Part shown: positions 1 to 9,613 of the stretch, piece after piece
How positions within the stretch are numbered: position 1 is the stretch's first letter
Layout: the number at the start of each line of letters is the position of its first letter
DNA from: Verrucomicrobiota bacterium
GTDB taxonomy: Bacteria > Verrucomicrobiota > Verrucomicrobiia > Limisphaerales > SXQI01
Length of the DNA: 39,580 nucleotides
Assembly (NCBI GenBank): GCA_033762115.1
Contig: JANRLX010000114.1
Location: 1-39,580 of the forward strand
Direction: 5' to 3'
The notes under the pieces: generated by a model
Seen by the model: the letters and a program-made list of their open reading frames with translations, nothing else
Told to the model about the DNA's origin: nothing
Databases searched by the model: none
Translations under genes and position numbers: made by a program

Positions 1-1
1 C

Positions 2-1429
2 CTGGGGCACGGGGATGTCCTGATTGCCGCAATTACTTCCTGCACCAACACCTCCAATCCGGGGGTCATGCTCGCAGCGGGACTCGTCGCAAAAAAAGCT
101 GTCGAGAAAGGTCTTTCAGTAAAACCAACCGTTAAAACATCGCTCGCTCCCGGATCACGAGTTGTCACGGATTACCTGAACAAGGCAGGCCTACAGACTT
201 ATCTGGACCAGATCGGTTTTCAAACCGTTGGTTACGGTTGCACTACCTGCATTGGCAATTCAGGTCCTCTCGACCCACGGATCGAAGAGGTGGTCGTCAG
301 CAACGACCTCATCGCAGCATCTGTCCTCTCTGGAAATCGAAACTTTGAAGCGCGCGTTCATCAAAGCATCAAGGCCAATTTCCTCATGAGTCCCCCGCTG
401 GTAGTCGCATTTGCCCTGGCAGGACGCGTGAATCTCGATCTCTCCACTGATCCGATTGGAAAAGGGAAGGATGGTCAGGAGGTTTATTTGAAAGATATCT
501 GGCCTTCCCTGAAGGAAGTACGGGATCTCATGCGCTCCAGCTTCGGGCCTGAAACCTTCCGCAGGTTGTACAGTGATTTCACCGCTGAAAACCCACTCTG
601 GAATGAAGTGCCGAGTTCCACCGGGACGCTTTACAAATGGGATCCCAACTCCACCTATATCCAGGAGCCTCCATTTTTTAACAATTTTTCGATGCAGGTC
701 GGCACCATCGGTGAAATCTGCAATGCCCGGCCTCTTGCCATCTTCGGTGACTCTGTCACTACAGACCACATCAGTCCCGCAGGCTCGATCAAGCCAAGCT
801 CTCCTTCCGGCCTCTACCTGCAAAAGGAGGGAGTTACCGTGGAGGAGTTCAACAGTTATGGTGCAAGGCGTGGGAACGACCGTGTCATGGTTCGTGGAAC
901 CTTCGCCAACGTACGGATCAAAAACCTCATGGTTCCCGGTGTCGAAGGTGGCGTCACGATCCTTCACCCTGAGGGAGAGCGCATGAGCATCTACGACGCT
1001 GCCATGAAATACAAAAATTCCGGTGTTCCGCTTGTGGTCATTGCCGGGCAGGAATATGGCACGGGAAGTTCGCGTGACTGGGCGGCCAAAGGCACTTCAT
1101 TGCTCGGCGTCAAAGCTGTGATCGCCCAAAGTTTCGAGCGTATTCACCGCTCCAACCTCGTCGGCATGGGAGTGTTGCCGCTTCAATTCCATGAGGGTAC
1201 CACTGCAGCCAGCCTTCAATTGGATGGCAGTGAAATCTATGACATCATCGGACTGAGCGACCAATTGAAACCGCAACAGGAACTTATCCTTCGAGTCACC
1301 CGCAAATCCGGAGAGGCGATTGACATTCCGGTGCGCTGCCGGATCGATACTCCCATTGAAATCGATTACTACCGCCACGGTGGTATTCTGCCTTACGTTT
1401 TACGGCAACTGCTCGCAGGCCAGAAGTAA
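2..1429 (+). CDS. acnA: Aconitate hydratase A (5' end outside window)
   Basis: The frame is open from position 2 ([20 protein letters not shown]). It carries the Fe-S ligand motifs SCTNTSNP and [12 protein letters not shown], plus [18 protein letters not shown] and [13 protein letters not shown]. Confidence 0.97.
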   Translation: MGHGDVLIAAITSCTNTSNPGVMLAAGLVAKKAVEKGLSVKPTVKTSLAPGSRVVTDYLNKAGLQTYLDQIGFQTVGYGCTTCIGNSGPLDPRIEEVVVSNDLIAASVLSGNRNFEARVHQSIKANFLMSPPLVVAFALAGRVNLDLSTDPIGKGKDGQEVYLKDIWPSLKEVRDLMRSSFGPETFRRLYSDFTAENPLWNEVPSSTGTLYKWDPNSTYIQEPPFFNNFSMQVGTIGEICNARPLAIFGDSVTTDHISPAGSIKPSSPSGLYLQKEGVTVEEFNSYGARRGNDRVMVRGTFANVRIKNLMVPGVEGGVTILHPEGERMSIYDAAMKYKNSGVPLVVIAGQEYGTGSSRDWAAKGTSLLGVKAVIAQSFERIHRSNLVGMGVLPLQFHEGTTAASLQLDGSEIYDIIGLSDQLKPQQELILRVTRKSGEAIDIPVRCRIDTPIEIDYYRHGGILPYVLRQLLAGQK

Positions 1430-1462
1430 ACGAGCAACGGCTGGAACGCTCGTCGCTTTTTT
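1430..1462 (+). terminator. Possible weak intrinsic terminator after acnA
   Basis: ACGAGC (1430-1435) pairs with GCTCGT (1448-1453), followed by T6 at 1457-1462. The loop is large and the next gene starts at 1465. Confidence 0.3.
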
Positions 1463-1464
1463 CT

Positions 1465-2208
1465 GTGACAACGTATTCCGACCTGAACGGTAAAGTGGTC
1501 CTTCTGACCGGTGGTGCCAACGGCATAGGTGCCGCCACCGTGCAGGCTTTTGCCGAGCAAGGTGCCGTCGTGCATTTTTGTGATCTGGATTCCACCGCAG
1601 GCGTTTCCCTTTCCAGCAATTTGCCAGGCACGGCTTTTACGAAAGTGGATCTTCGCAGGGAGCGGGAAATCAAAAAATGGATTCAGAAGGTGCTCCAGGA
1701 ATCCGGGCACGTGGATATTTTGGTGAATAACGCTGCTCGCGATCCACGCATTCGCCTCGAAGATCTCGGCGTCGACCAAATCGATGATCTCTTTGCCTTG
1801 AATTTACGCGCGTTCTTTATAACTGCCCGCGAAGCCGCCCCGCACATGGCCAAGGGCAGTTCCATTATCAATCTCTCTTCGATCACATTCCACACAGGCC
1901 CGGCAACCATGTCTGCCTATGTTGCCACCAAGGCAGGGATCATCGGCTTCACTCGCTCTTTGGCCCGGGAACTGGGCCCTCGTGGTATTCGGGTTAATGT
2001 CGTCTCCCCCGGCTGGGTCATGACCGATCGCCAAAAGCGCGAGTTTGTTGATGCCTCCACCCGCAGGCTCATCAGGCGCTCCCAATGCATTCCTGACCTT
2101 CTTACCCCGGTTGAGATTGCGGAAGTCATCCTCTTTCTCGCCAGCAGTTCAAGCCGCGCTCTGACAGGCCAGGAACTTCTCGCCGACCGAGGCTGGGCCT
2201 ATTCCTGA
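1465..2208 (+). CDS. Short-chain dehydrogenase/reductase (SDR), resembling aldose 1-dehydrogenases (D-xylose/galactose dehydrogenase type)
   Basis: TGGANGIG Rossmann motif, NNAA, catalytic YVATK (YxxxK) and PGWVMTDRQ. GTG start. The substrate is inferred only. Confidence 0.88.
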   Translation: MTTYSDLNGKVVLLTGGANGIGAATVQAFAEQGAVVHFCDLDSTAGVSLSSNLPGTAFTKVDLRREREIKKWIQKVLQESGHVDILVNNAARDPRIRLEDLGVDQIDDLFALNLRAFFITAREAAPHMAKGSSIINLSSITFHTGPATMSAYVATKAGIIGFTRSLARELGPRGIRVNVVSPGWVMTDRQKREFVDASTRRLIRRSQCIPDLLTPVEIAEVILFLASSSSRALTGQELLADRGWAYS

Positions 2209-2210
2209 CT

Positions 2211-2876
2211 TCAGGTTTTCACAATTTTCAAAATCTTGATCGCTTCGGGTTCTTTGTAATGCCGCTTTAACCCGACTTCTGTTAACATTTTTGCAGGCAC
2301 CCTTGTCAGAAACTCGGCAAATGTCCGTTCCACCCGGTCACGCAATGCCTTCTGTCCGGCCTTGGACGCCCAGAAATCATCCTGTGTTTTCTGCAACAGG
2401 ACTGCGGATTCTTCACTGGTCAGATTTTCGCCTCGCGCCATCATCCAGACCAGTTCAGGATCAGTCGCCAATGCCACTGGGAACGGAATAAATTTGGGCT
2501 TGAACTCCCCCTCCTCGCCGCTTTCAACCGGCACCGCCCCCACTTTGATCACACTCTCAAATGTCTCTTCGCCCACCGTAACCTGCACCCTGGCCACCTT
2601 TTTTTCCTCATCAGGGATGATTTTGACGGCATCTTTTCCAAACCCATCCTCGAACTGCCGTTTCAGATCGAGGACAGAAATCGCCTTCAAATCCGGCAAT
2701 GCCGCGGCAGAGCAGAATTTCTCGAATGCCTGCACCCGATTCGTGGCCTGGATTTCCTTCTCACAGGCAGAATAGATTTGTTCAATTAACTTGCTGTCAT
2801 TCACAGCTTTGGGGAGGACTTTCCGCAAAATTTCAAGGACCGTTCCTGGACTGTTCGCTTTCTTGCTTTTGGCCAT
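2211..2876 (-). CDS. Hypothetical soluble protein (~221 aa)
   Basis: Long ORF filling the gap between the SDR and the MoxR operon. Likely ATG at 2876 (MAKSKKANSPG) after an A/T-rich leader. Natural-looking charged composition, no recognised motif. Confidence 0.8.
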   Translation of the reverse strand: MAKSKKANSPGTVLEILRKVLPKAVNDSKLIEQIYSACEKEIQATNRVQAFEKFCSAAALPDLKAISVLDLKRQFEDGFGKDAVKIIPDEEKKVARVQVTVGEETFESVIKVGAVPVESGEEGEFKPKFIPFPVALATDPELVWMMARGENLTSEESAVLLQKTQDDFWASKAGQKALRDRVERTFAEFLTRVPAKMLTEVGLKRHYKEPEAIKILKIVKT

Positions 2877-2970
2877 ATTTTTAATCTGAAAAAAGGGGCG
2901 CGAGTGTGCCGTAAAACGAATGAAAATTGCAACCAGAACTCCAGAAAATTTCAGCACGCCAAAAAAACCA

Positions 2971-2997
2971 TAACTTTTCCGCCCGAAAAGGGTCTAA
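2971..2997 (+). promoter_or_regulatory. Candidate ECF (RpoE/sigmaE-like) promoter for the MoxR operon
   Basis: TAACTT-N16-TCTAA versus the RpoE-type consensus GAACTT-N16-TCTRA, about 50 bp upstream of the ATG at 3046. Confidence 0.45.
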
Positions 2998-3045
2998 TCT
3001 GATAATCTTTATGGGCTCGCATTTTTTAATTCTCGCGTCAAAGTA

Positions 3046-4998
3046 ATGCTGCTTATGGACTCTTTGGATCGCATTCAATCCGCCTTATACCAGGCGGCCC
3101 GGCGAAGACGTCTGCAACAAGCGCTGCTCGGCATGTGGAAGGGGTTCTTTTGTGGGATCCTCCTTTGGGTGCTTTCCCTGATCATCTACAAACTTGCGCC
3201 GATCCCATTCGATTTTCTTGTTTATTCCGGCATCACCGCCGCCATCATGACATTGGTGGGATTTATTTGGGGTTGGAACCGTCCTCAGACCCTGCTTCAG
3301 ACCGCACGGTGGATGGACCTGACACAAAATACCGAAGAGCGCCTGAGCACAGCCCTGGAATTGAAAGATTCCTCCATCGAAAAGGAATGGAAGGAATTGC
3401 TGGTAAAGGATGCCGTCAAAGTTGTCGACAATCTCGACATTAAAAAAGGGATTTCCTTCTCGCTTCCACGTGTTTCACGCTGGGCCTTTCTCCTTCTTTT
3501 GCTTGGATTTGGACTGGGCTTCGTTCCTGAATATCGCACAAAGGCATACGTTCAGGAGAAGAAGGATGTTAAAAACATCCAGGAGACCGGAAAACAACTG
3601 GCGGAACTGACCCGCCGTTCCCTCCAACAACGGCCTCCGGCAATGGAACCCACCCGCAAGGCACTCGAAAATGTCGCCGAATTAGGTGAGGTCATGGCCA
3701 AAACCGAGTTGACCCGCAGTGAAGCGCTCAAGGATTTGGCAAACATGAGCGACAAGCTGAAGCAGGAAACCAGGGAAATGGCTGATTCTCCCGCGATGAA
3801 AGCTTTGGAAAAGGCCGCCAAAAGCTCCAGCAAGGGTGGCAGCGGCGGCGCTCCCGACCTTCAAAAACAGATCGATAAACTTTCCCAGCAGCTTGGAAAT
3901 CAGGCAGCTAATCCGGACGCTCTCGAAAAATTCAAAAAAGATCTCGAGCAGGCAAAGGAGCTTGCCCAAAACCTTCCGGACAAAAATTCCCCTGCGATGG
4001 ACGCAGCCAAAGAGAAACTCGAGCAGGCTCTTGCTGATCTTTCCAAACAGTCAAAGGACATGGGCATGTCCCTCCCGAGCCTGGACGAAGCAATTGCCGC
4101 CCTCCAGCAAAGTGATATCGATGAAGTCCTCAAGGATCTGGCAGTCGCCGAGGTAAGCCTGGAGAAAATGCGCGACATGGCCAAAACACTCGAAAAACTT
4201 CAGATGCAAATGGAAAAGCTCGGCACTGATCTGGCTGAGCAACTTAAAAATGGGCAGGCTGAAGCAGCGCAAAACACCCTGGCAAAAATGGCTGAGCAGT
4301 TGCAATCCTCCAAACTGACTCCGGAACAACTTCAGAAAATGTTGGAGGAAGTTTCAAAGGCAACCAAACCCGCCAGCGAATACGGAAAAGTCGGCGAGTT
4401 GCTTAAGCAGGCCGCCTCCGAAATGCAGGCTGGCCAGAAATCTGAAGCTTCCAAAAGCCTCGCCCAGGCTGGTGATGAGCTCTCGAAAATGATCTCTGAA
4501 ATGGGGGATGCCCAAAGCATCCTCGCTTCCCTCGAGGCCTTGCAACGCGCCCAAATGAGCATTGCCAATGGACAATCATGGTCCAACTCAGATGTTCCCG
4601 GCATGAACTCCAAATCCGGTCAGGGCAACGGCCAGCCAGGGCGTGGCGTGGGCACATGGACGGATGAGGACAGTTGGGTTTACCCTGAGTTTACCGATAA
4701 ATGGGACAATTCAGGCATCACCCAGCAGGAAATGGAAGCACGCGCCCAGACAGACCGCGGTGACGGTGGATTGGCAGACAACCTCGTTGCCACCAAAGTA
4801 AAAGGGCAGATGACTCCCGGTGGTCCGATGCCCAGCATCACCATGAAAGGCGTCAGCATCAAAGGCACCAGCAAAGTGGCCGTCAAAGAAATGGTCGGTG
4901 CTGCCCAGAGTGACGCGCAGGCAGCCTTGAGCCAGGACCAGGTGCCTCGGGCTTACCAGGGTGCAGTTCGTGATTACTTCAATGATTTAAAGGAATAG
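3046..4998 (+). CDS. Membrane-anchored long coiled-coil protein (DUF4175-like, MoxR-cluster associated)
   Basis: Three N-terminal hydrophobic helices, an ERLSTALE motif, a long Q/E/K/M/A-rich helical region, a Gly-rich linker and the C-terminal VPRAYQGAVRDYF motif. Confidence 0.8.
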   Translation: MLLMDSLDRIQSALYQAARRRRLQQALLGMWKGFFCGILLWVLSLIIYKLAPIPFDFLVYSGITAAIMTLVGFIWGWNRPQTLLQTARWMDLTQNTEERLSTALELKDSSIEKEWKELLVKDAVKVVDNLDIKKGISFSLPRVSRWAFLLLLLGFGLGFVPEYRTKAYVQEKKDVKNIQETGKQLAELTRRSLQQRPPAMEPTRKALENVAELGEVMAKTELTRSEALKDLANMSDKLKQETREMADSPAMKALEKAAKSSSKGGSGGAPDLQKQIDKLSQQLGNQAANPDALEKFKKDLEQAKELAQNLPDKNSPAMDAAKEKLEQALADLSKQSKDMGMSLPSLDEAIAALQQSDIDEVLKDLAVAEVSLEKMRDMAKTLEKLQMQMEKLGTDLAEQLKNGQAEAAQNTLAKMAEQLQSSKLTPEQLQKMLEEVSKATKPASEYGKVGELLKQAASEMQAGQKSEASKSLAQAGDELSKMISEMGDAQSILASLEALQRAQMSIANGQSWSNSDVPGMNSKSGQGNGQPGRGVGTWTDEDSWVYPEFTDKWDNSGITQQEMEARAQTDRGDGGLADNLVATKVKGQMTPGGPMPSITMKGVSIKGTSKVAVKEMVGAAQSDAQAALSQDQVPRAYQGAVRDYFNDLKE

Positions 4999-4999
4999 C

Positions 5000-5998
5000 A
5001 TGAGTTCTGAAACGCAAATCCAGGAATTCCGAAAAATTTATAACGACCTGCGGCAGGAAATTGGCAAGGTCATTGTTGGCCACGAAAGCATCGTCGATGG
5101 AACGCTTTTTGCCCTTTTTGCAGGTGGTCATGTCCTCCTTGAAGGGGTCCCCGGCCTTGGAAAAACCCTCCTCGTTCGAACCTTAAGCCAGGTGTTGGAC
5201 CTCTCTTTTAATCGTATCCAGTTCACGCCCGACCTCATGCCAGCAGATATTCTGGGCACCAACCTCGTCGTGGAGGACGATAATGGAAGGCGCGCATTCC
5301 AGTTCCAGCATGGGCCCGTTTTCGCCCATTTGCTTTTGGCTGATGAAATCAATCGTGCCACCCCTAAAACACAATCCGCCCTCCTCGAAGCAATGCAGGA
5401 ACACAGCGTCACTGCCGGGGGAGCCATTAGAAAGCTGGAGGAACCCTTTTTTGTATTGGCAACACAAAATCCCATCGACCAGGAAGGAACCTATCCGCTG
5501 CCTGAAGCTCAACTCGACCGCTTTTTTTTCAAACTTCTCGTGACTTACCCAACTGGCCCGGAACTGAATGAAGTCCTCACGCGCACAACGGAAAATCGGA
5601 AAACTGAAATCCGCCAGGTGATCACCCGCGAGCGTTTGGTCGAAATTCAAAGCCTTGTCCGGCAAGTCCCTGTTGCCTCTCATGTGAAGGATTATGCCGT
5701 CCGCCTGATTCTTGCCACCCATCCCAAGTCCGAGACCGCCGTGGCAATCACCAATCAATACCTCCGTTTCGGCAGCAGCCCCCGCGGAGGACAGACTCTG
5801 ATTCTTGCCGCCAAAGTCCGGGCGCTTACCCAGGGGCGTTTCAATGTCAGCTTTGATGATATTCAGGCCGTTCTGTTCCCCACCCTGCGTCATCGATTGA
5901 TCCTGAATTTCGAGGCGGAAGCGGAAGGAATCACCACAGACATGGTGCTTCAGCAAATTTTAAAGGATGTGCCTAAGGATGCGTCTGTCGCAGCTTGA
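5000..5998 (+). CDS. moxR: MoxR-family AAA+ ATPase
   Basis: Walker A GVPGLGKT, RIQFTPDLMPADILG, Walker B LLADEINRA, ATQNPIDQEGTYPLPEAQLDRF and GSSPR. Confidence 0.96.
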   Translation: MSSETQIQEFRKIYNDLRQEIGKVIVGHESIVDGTLFALFAGGHVLLEGVPGLGKTLLVRTLSQVLDLSFNRIQFTPDLMPADILGTNLVVEDDNGRRAFQFQHGPVFAHLLLADEINRATPKTQSALLEAMQEHSVTAGGAIRKLEEPFFVLATQNPIDQEGTYPLPEAQLDRFFFKLLVTYPTGPELNEVLTRTTENRKTEIRQVITRERLVEIQSLVRQVPVASHVKDYAVRLILATHPKSETAVAITNQYLRFGSSPRGGQTLILAAKVRALTQGRFNVSFDDIQAVLFPTLRHRLILNFEAEAEGITTDMVLQQILKDVPKDASVAA

Positions 5999-6888
5999 TG
6001 TCCCTGCTCACTCCTGAACTTCTGCGGCGGCTGGAGCAATTCCAATTGCTCGCCCAGCGCCGGGCGAAAAGTTCCGCCCGGGGGGAACGCCGCAGCCGCG
6101 CTCGCGGCCAATCGGTCGAATTCGCTGATCATCGCAATTACGCACCAGGCGATGATTTTCGTTATCTCGATTGGAACCTCTTTGGTCGTCTGGATAAATT
6201 GTTCCTTAAACTCTACGAGGAAGAGCGGGAACTTCCCGTCACGATTTTTTTGGATGCCAGCGAATCCATGAGCTTTGGCGAGCCACGCAAATTCAACTTT
6301 GCCCGCCAGATTGCCGCTGCCATCGGCTACGTCGCTCTCTGCGGATTCGACCGTGTTTCGATTATTGCCTTTCCTGAGGTTGGGAGTGAAGCCGCCCTCC
6401 GTGGAGCATTGCGTCAAGTCCGTGGTCGAAAATCGAGCATGGAATTTTTTCGCAATCTCAGCCAGATGACCGCCCAGGGAACTGCAAATTTCAATGACGC
6501 CCTCCGTCGCGGCGCGCTCATGGCGCGTCAAACCGGCGTCGCGATCGTTTTAAGCGATTTTCTGGATCCTGCCGGTTACGAACCCGGCCTCTCCGCGCTG
6601 GTCGGACGCGGCTTTCAGGTCAGCGCTGTTCAAATTCTTGCCCCGGAAGAGGTGAATCCCTCAACTTTCGGGGATCTCAAGCTTGTGGATGCTGAAACCG
6701 GCGGTATCCAGGAAGTGACATTCGGCAAATTTCGACTCTCCGGTTATCAGCAAACGGTACGCAATTTTTGTCAACGCCTCCGGGAGTATTGCAATGCGCG
6801 AGGTATCAACTTCTTCATGACCACCTCGGATGCCTCCCTTGAAAAGCTGCTCCTCAAGCAACTGCGTGAATCGGAGGTGTGGGGTTGA
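5998..6888 (+). CDS. DUF58 family protein (VWA-like partner of MoxR)
   Basis: GQSVEFADHRNYAPGDDFRYLDWN, LDASESM and LSDFL motifs. The ATG overlaps the moxR stop (TGATG). Confidence 0.93.
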   Translation: MSLLTPELLRRLEQFQLLAQRRAKSSARGERRSRARGQSVEFADHRNYAPGDDFRYLDWNLFGRLDKLFLKLYEEERELPVTIFLDASESMSFGEPRKFNFARQIAAAIGYVALCGFDRVSIIAFPEVGSEAALRGALRQVRGRKSSMEFFRNLSQMTAQGTANFNDALRRGALMARQTGVAIVLSDFLDPAGYEPGLSALVGRGFQVSAVQILAPEEVNPSTFGDLKLVDAETGGIQEVTFGKFRLSGYQQTVRNFCQRLREYCNARGINFFMTTSDASLEKLLLKQLRESEVWG

Positions 6889-8723
6889 TGAATTTTCTTT
6901 CCCCAGTCGCATTTGCCTTTCTGGCCGCCCTTCCAGTGGTGATCGTTTTTTACCTGCTCAAACGGAAGCGGGTTGTGAAAGTCGTTTCAAGCACACTGCT
7001 CTGGCAAAAGTTTCTTGCTGAAACTCAGGCCAACGCCCCATTCCAGAAACTCCGTCACAACTGGCTTCTGCTCCTGCAACTGCTCCTGTTGCTTTTGGCT
7101 GTGCTCGCGCTCGCCCGCCCTTATTTTTCCAGCAAAATGGTTGGCGGCAGGCTCATCGTTGCCATCCTTGACGCCTCCGCTTCAATGCAAAGCATCGACG
7201 AGTCGCCAACCCGGTTTGAAAAATCTCGCCGTGAAGCGCTCAAACTCATCGATTCTCTCCATGACAATGACCAGATGGTCATTCTCCAGGCTGGCGCCAA
7301 CACCGAGGTCAAGCAATCCCCCACATCCGAAAAGGCCGCGCTTCGTCGTGCCGTTCAAAGCGCTGTTGTCACCGATGCCGCCAGCCATCTGGCTGAAGCC
7401 CTGAAACTTGCCGAGACGTTGATCCAGAACAACACACGGGCGGAAGTTCATCTTTTCAGCGACGGGGCCACCGGGAACCTTGCGGAATTCGAGAGCAAAA
7501 ATCTCCCGCTCACCTATCATCATGTCGGGACTCGCGCGGTGAACATCGGTGTCGTTCATCTGGATGTCCGACAAAATCCGGAAAATCCCACGCAACGCGC
7601 CATTTTCGCCACGGTTTCGAATTTCTCCACCAACCAGCAACAGGCCCGGCTCGATCTTCTCCTTGATGGTGCTGTGATCGATGTCAAACAATTGACTCTC
7701 GCTCCACGGGAAAGTTCTCCTCAGGTTTTTCTGGCGACCCAGGAAAAGGATGGAGTGTTTACCATGAATTTGACGGCCCAGGATGATCTCTCAGTGGATA
7801 ACCGGGCTTCGATTGTCAGCCTGTTGCCTCAACCAATCCGTGTTCTGCTCGTGACCCATGGAAATCGTTTTTTGGAGAAAGCCCTCAAGGCCGCTCCGGG
7901 AGTTGTGTTAAGCATCGCTCCTCAACTGACCGAGACTTCCCAGGATTTTGAACTGGTCGTTCTGGACAATGTTCCGCCAATCACCTGGCCTACAGTTAAT
8001 GTCCTCGCAATCAACATCGCCAATACCAATTGGTTTCAAAGCATTTCGAAAATCGATGCCCCTCCCATTGTCGATTGGAAAAGCAGCCATCCCCTCCTTC
8101 GCTTTGTCAGTTTCGATACTGTCCAGATCAGCGAAGCACTCGCTGTCCAGACTCCCGTTTGGGGAATTCCCCTGCTCGAATCCCCCAATACTCCCCTGAT
8201 GCTTTCCGGGGAAGTGGATAAGCGCAGGGTGGTCTGGATCGGCTTTGATGTGTTGCAAAGCACATGGCCTCTCCGGATTTCATTTCCCATCTTCATTGCC
8301 AACGCTGTCGATTACCTCAATCCAGCCAACAGCCACACCCAGCAACTGCTCGTCCAGAGTGGTCAGCCTTTTCGTTTCGCCCTCAAGCAACCGCTGCAGA
8401 ATGTTGATGTCACCCTCCCGGACGGCACAAAAATCCAGCGTCCCGTCGATGCTGCCCGGCAGGAATTTGTTTTCGGCGACACTGCCAAACAGGGGGTTTA
8501 TCAGGTCCAGGCTGGAACCAACCAGGTTGCCTTCTGCGTCAACCTGCTCAATTCCGCCGAAAGTGACATCACCCCCAGGCCGGAATTGCAACTCGGCAAG
8601 TACGCCCGGGCCAACGCCACAACTTATCGACAGGCCAGTCTTGAAATCTGGCGCTGGATCGCTCTTACCGCCCTTCTTGTCTGCCTTTTTGAATGGTGGT
8701 TTTACCATCGTCGCACCGCATGA
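6888..8723 (+). CDS. BatA-type N-terminal double-TM plus VWA domain membrane protein
   Basis: N-terminus NFLSP...LPVVIVFYLLKRKR...LLLLAVLALARP, MIDAS DASAS, FSDG and a C-terminal TM ending EWW. TGATG overlap with the DUF58 gene. Confidence 0.9.
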   Translation: MNFLSPVAFAFLAALPVVIVFYLLKRKRVVKVVSSTLLWQKFLAETQANAPFQKLRHNWLLLLQLLLLLLAVLALARPYFSSKMVGGRLIVAILDASASMQSIDESPTRFEKSRREALKLIDSLHDNDQMVILQAGANTEVKQSPTSEKAALRRAVQSAVVTDAASHLAEALKLAETLIQNNTRAEVHLFSDGATGNLAEFESKNLPLTYHHVGTRAVNIGVVHLDVRQNPENPTQRAIFATVSNFSTNQQQARLDLLLDGAVIDVKQLTLAPRESSPQVFLATQEKDGVFTMNLTAQDDLSVDNRASIVSLLPQPIRVLLVTHGNRFLEKALKAAPGVVLSIAPQLTETSQDFELVVLDNVPPITWPTVNVLAINIANTNWFQSISKIDAPPIVDWKSSHPLLRFVSFDTVQISEALAVQTPVWGIPLLESPNTPLMLSGEVDKRRVVWIGFDVLQSTWPLRISFPIFIANAVDYLNPANSHTQQLLVQSGQPFRFALKQPLQNVDVTLPDGTKIQRPVDAARQEFVFGDTAKQGVYQVQAGTNQVAFCVNLLNSAESDITPRPELQLGKYARANATTYRQASLEIWRWIALTALLVCLFEWWFYHRRTA

Positions 8724-9613
8724 AGAGCCTCTACCTACATCTGTTGCTTTGTTCGCTCTTCTGCTTCACCAGCTGTCACCGTCCCGAGACTCTGGTCCTC
8801 TACACCTCTCAGGATCAGTTTTATGCTGAACCGCTGCTGGCTGGCTTCACCGCCGCCACCGGTATTCGTGTACTTCCGGTTTTCGATTCCGAATCCGTCA
8901 AAACCTTTGGACTGGTCCAGCGCCTTCGCGCTGAAAAAAGCAACCCGCGTTGCGACCTCTTCTGGAGCAACGAAGAAATCATGGCGGGACTGCTTGCCCA
9001 GGAAAACGTGGTCTCCTCCCTGACTCATTTTGGTTATCGAACCCGGCGCCTCGTCATCAACACCAATTTTCTATCCATTGCTGATGCCCCTCGCGTGCTA
9101 CAGGAACTGACCGACGCAAAATGGAAAGGAAAAATCGCCCTGGCTTCTCCGCTGTTCGGCACCACATTTCATCATTTCCTTCTACTGCGCACCACCTGGG
9201 GTGATGCCAAATGGCAGTCATGGTGCGAAGAACTCCGTTCCAACAACGCCTTTATCCTGGATGGAAATTCCCTTGTGGTGAAACTTGTCGGTCAGGGTGA
9301 AGCATGGATTGGCCTCACCGATTGGGACGACATTGATTCAGGCCAAAAACGCAACCTGCCCATTGCCACATTGCCATTAACCATTGAACTTCCGTACATC
9401 CGGAACAGCCTCGCCATCGTCAAAGGCGCACCCAATCCCCGGAATGCTCTCCGGTTCATGGAATGGATTGCCGCCCCTCCCCAGGTTGACACTTTGATTA
9501 ACTCAGGCGCTCTGGAAGGCAGGCACGCTCCAGCGACAAACAGTCCTGTTCTCCAGCTTTCCACCGACCTTGAACAAACCCGGAAACTATTGTCCCAGAT
9601 TTTTAGCCGCTAA
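8720..9613 (+). CDS. ABC-type extracellular solute-binding lipoprotein (FbpA/AfuA-like family)
   Basis: Signal with lipobox MKSLYLHLLLCSLFCFTSC, then LVLYTSQD...FTAATGIRV...RLRAEKSNPRCDLFW, LTDAKWKGKIALASP and AIVKGAPN. ATGA overlap with the upstream gene. Confidence 0.88.
   Translation: MKSLYLHLLLCSLFCFTSCHRPETLVLYTSQDQFYAEPLLAGFTAATGIRVLPVFDSESVKTFGLVQRLRAEKSNPRCDLFWSNEEIMAGLLAQENVVSSLTHFGYRTRRLVINTNFLSIADAPRVLQELTDAKWKGKIALASPLFGTTFHHFLLLRTTWGDAKWQSWCEELRSNNAFILDGNSLVVKLVGQGEAWIGLTDWDDIDSGQKRNLPIATLPLTIELPYIRNSLAIVKGAPNPRNALRFMEWIAAPPQVDTLINSGALEGRHAPATNSPVLQLSTDLEQTRKLLSQIFSR

Noticed and set aside
260..967. 235 aa minus-strand ORF
   Set aside because: Antisense shadow of acnA with no motifs.
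5183..5956. 257 aa minus-strand ORF
   Set aside because: Lies wholly antisense to moxR; a codon-bias shadow.
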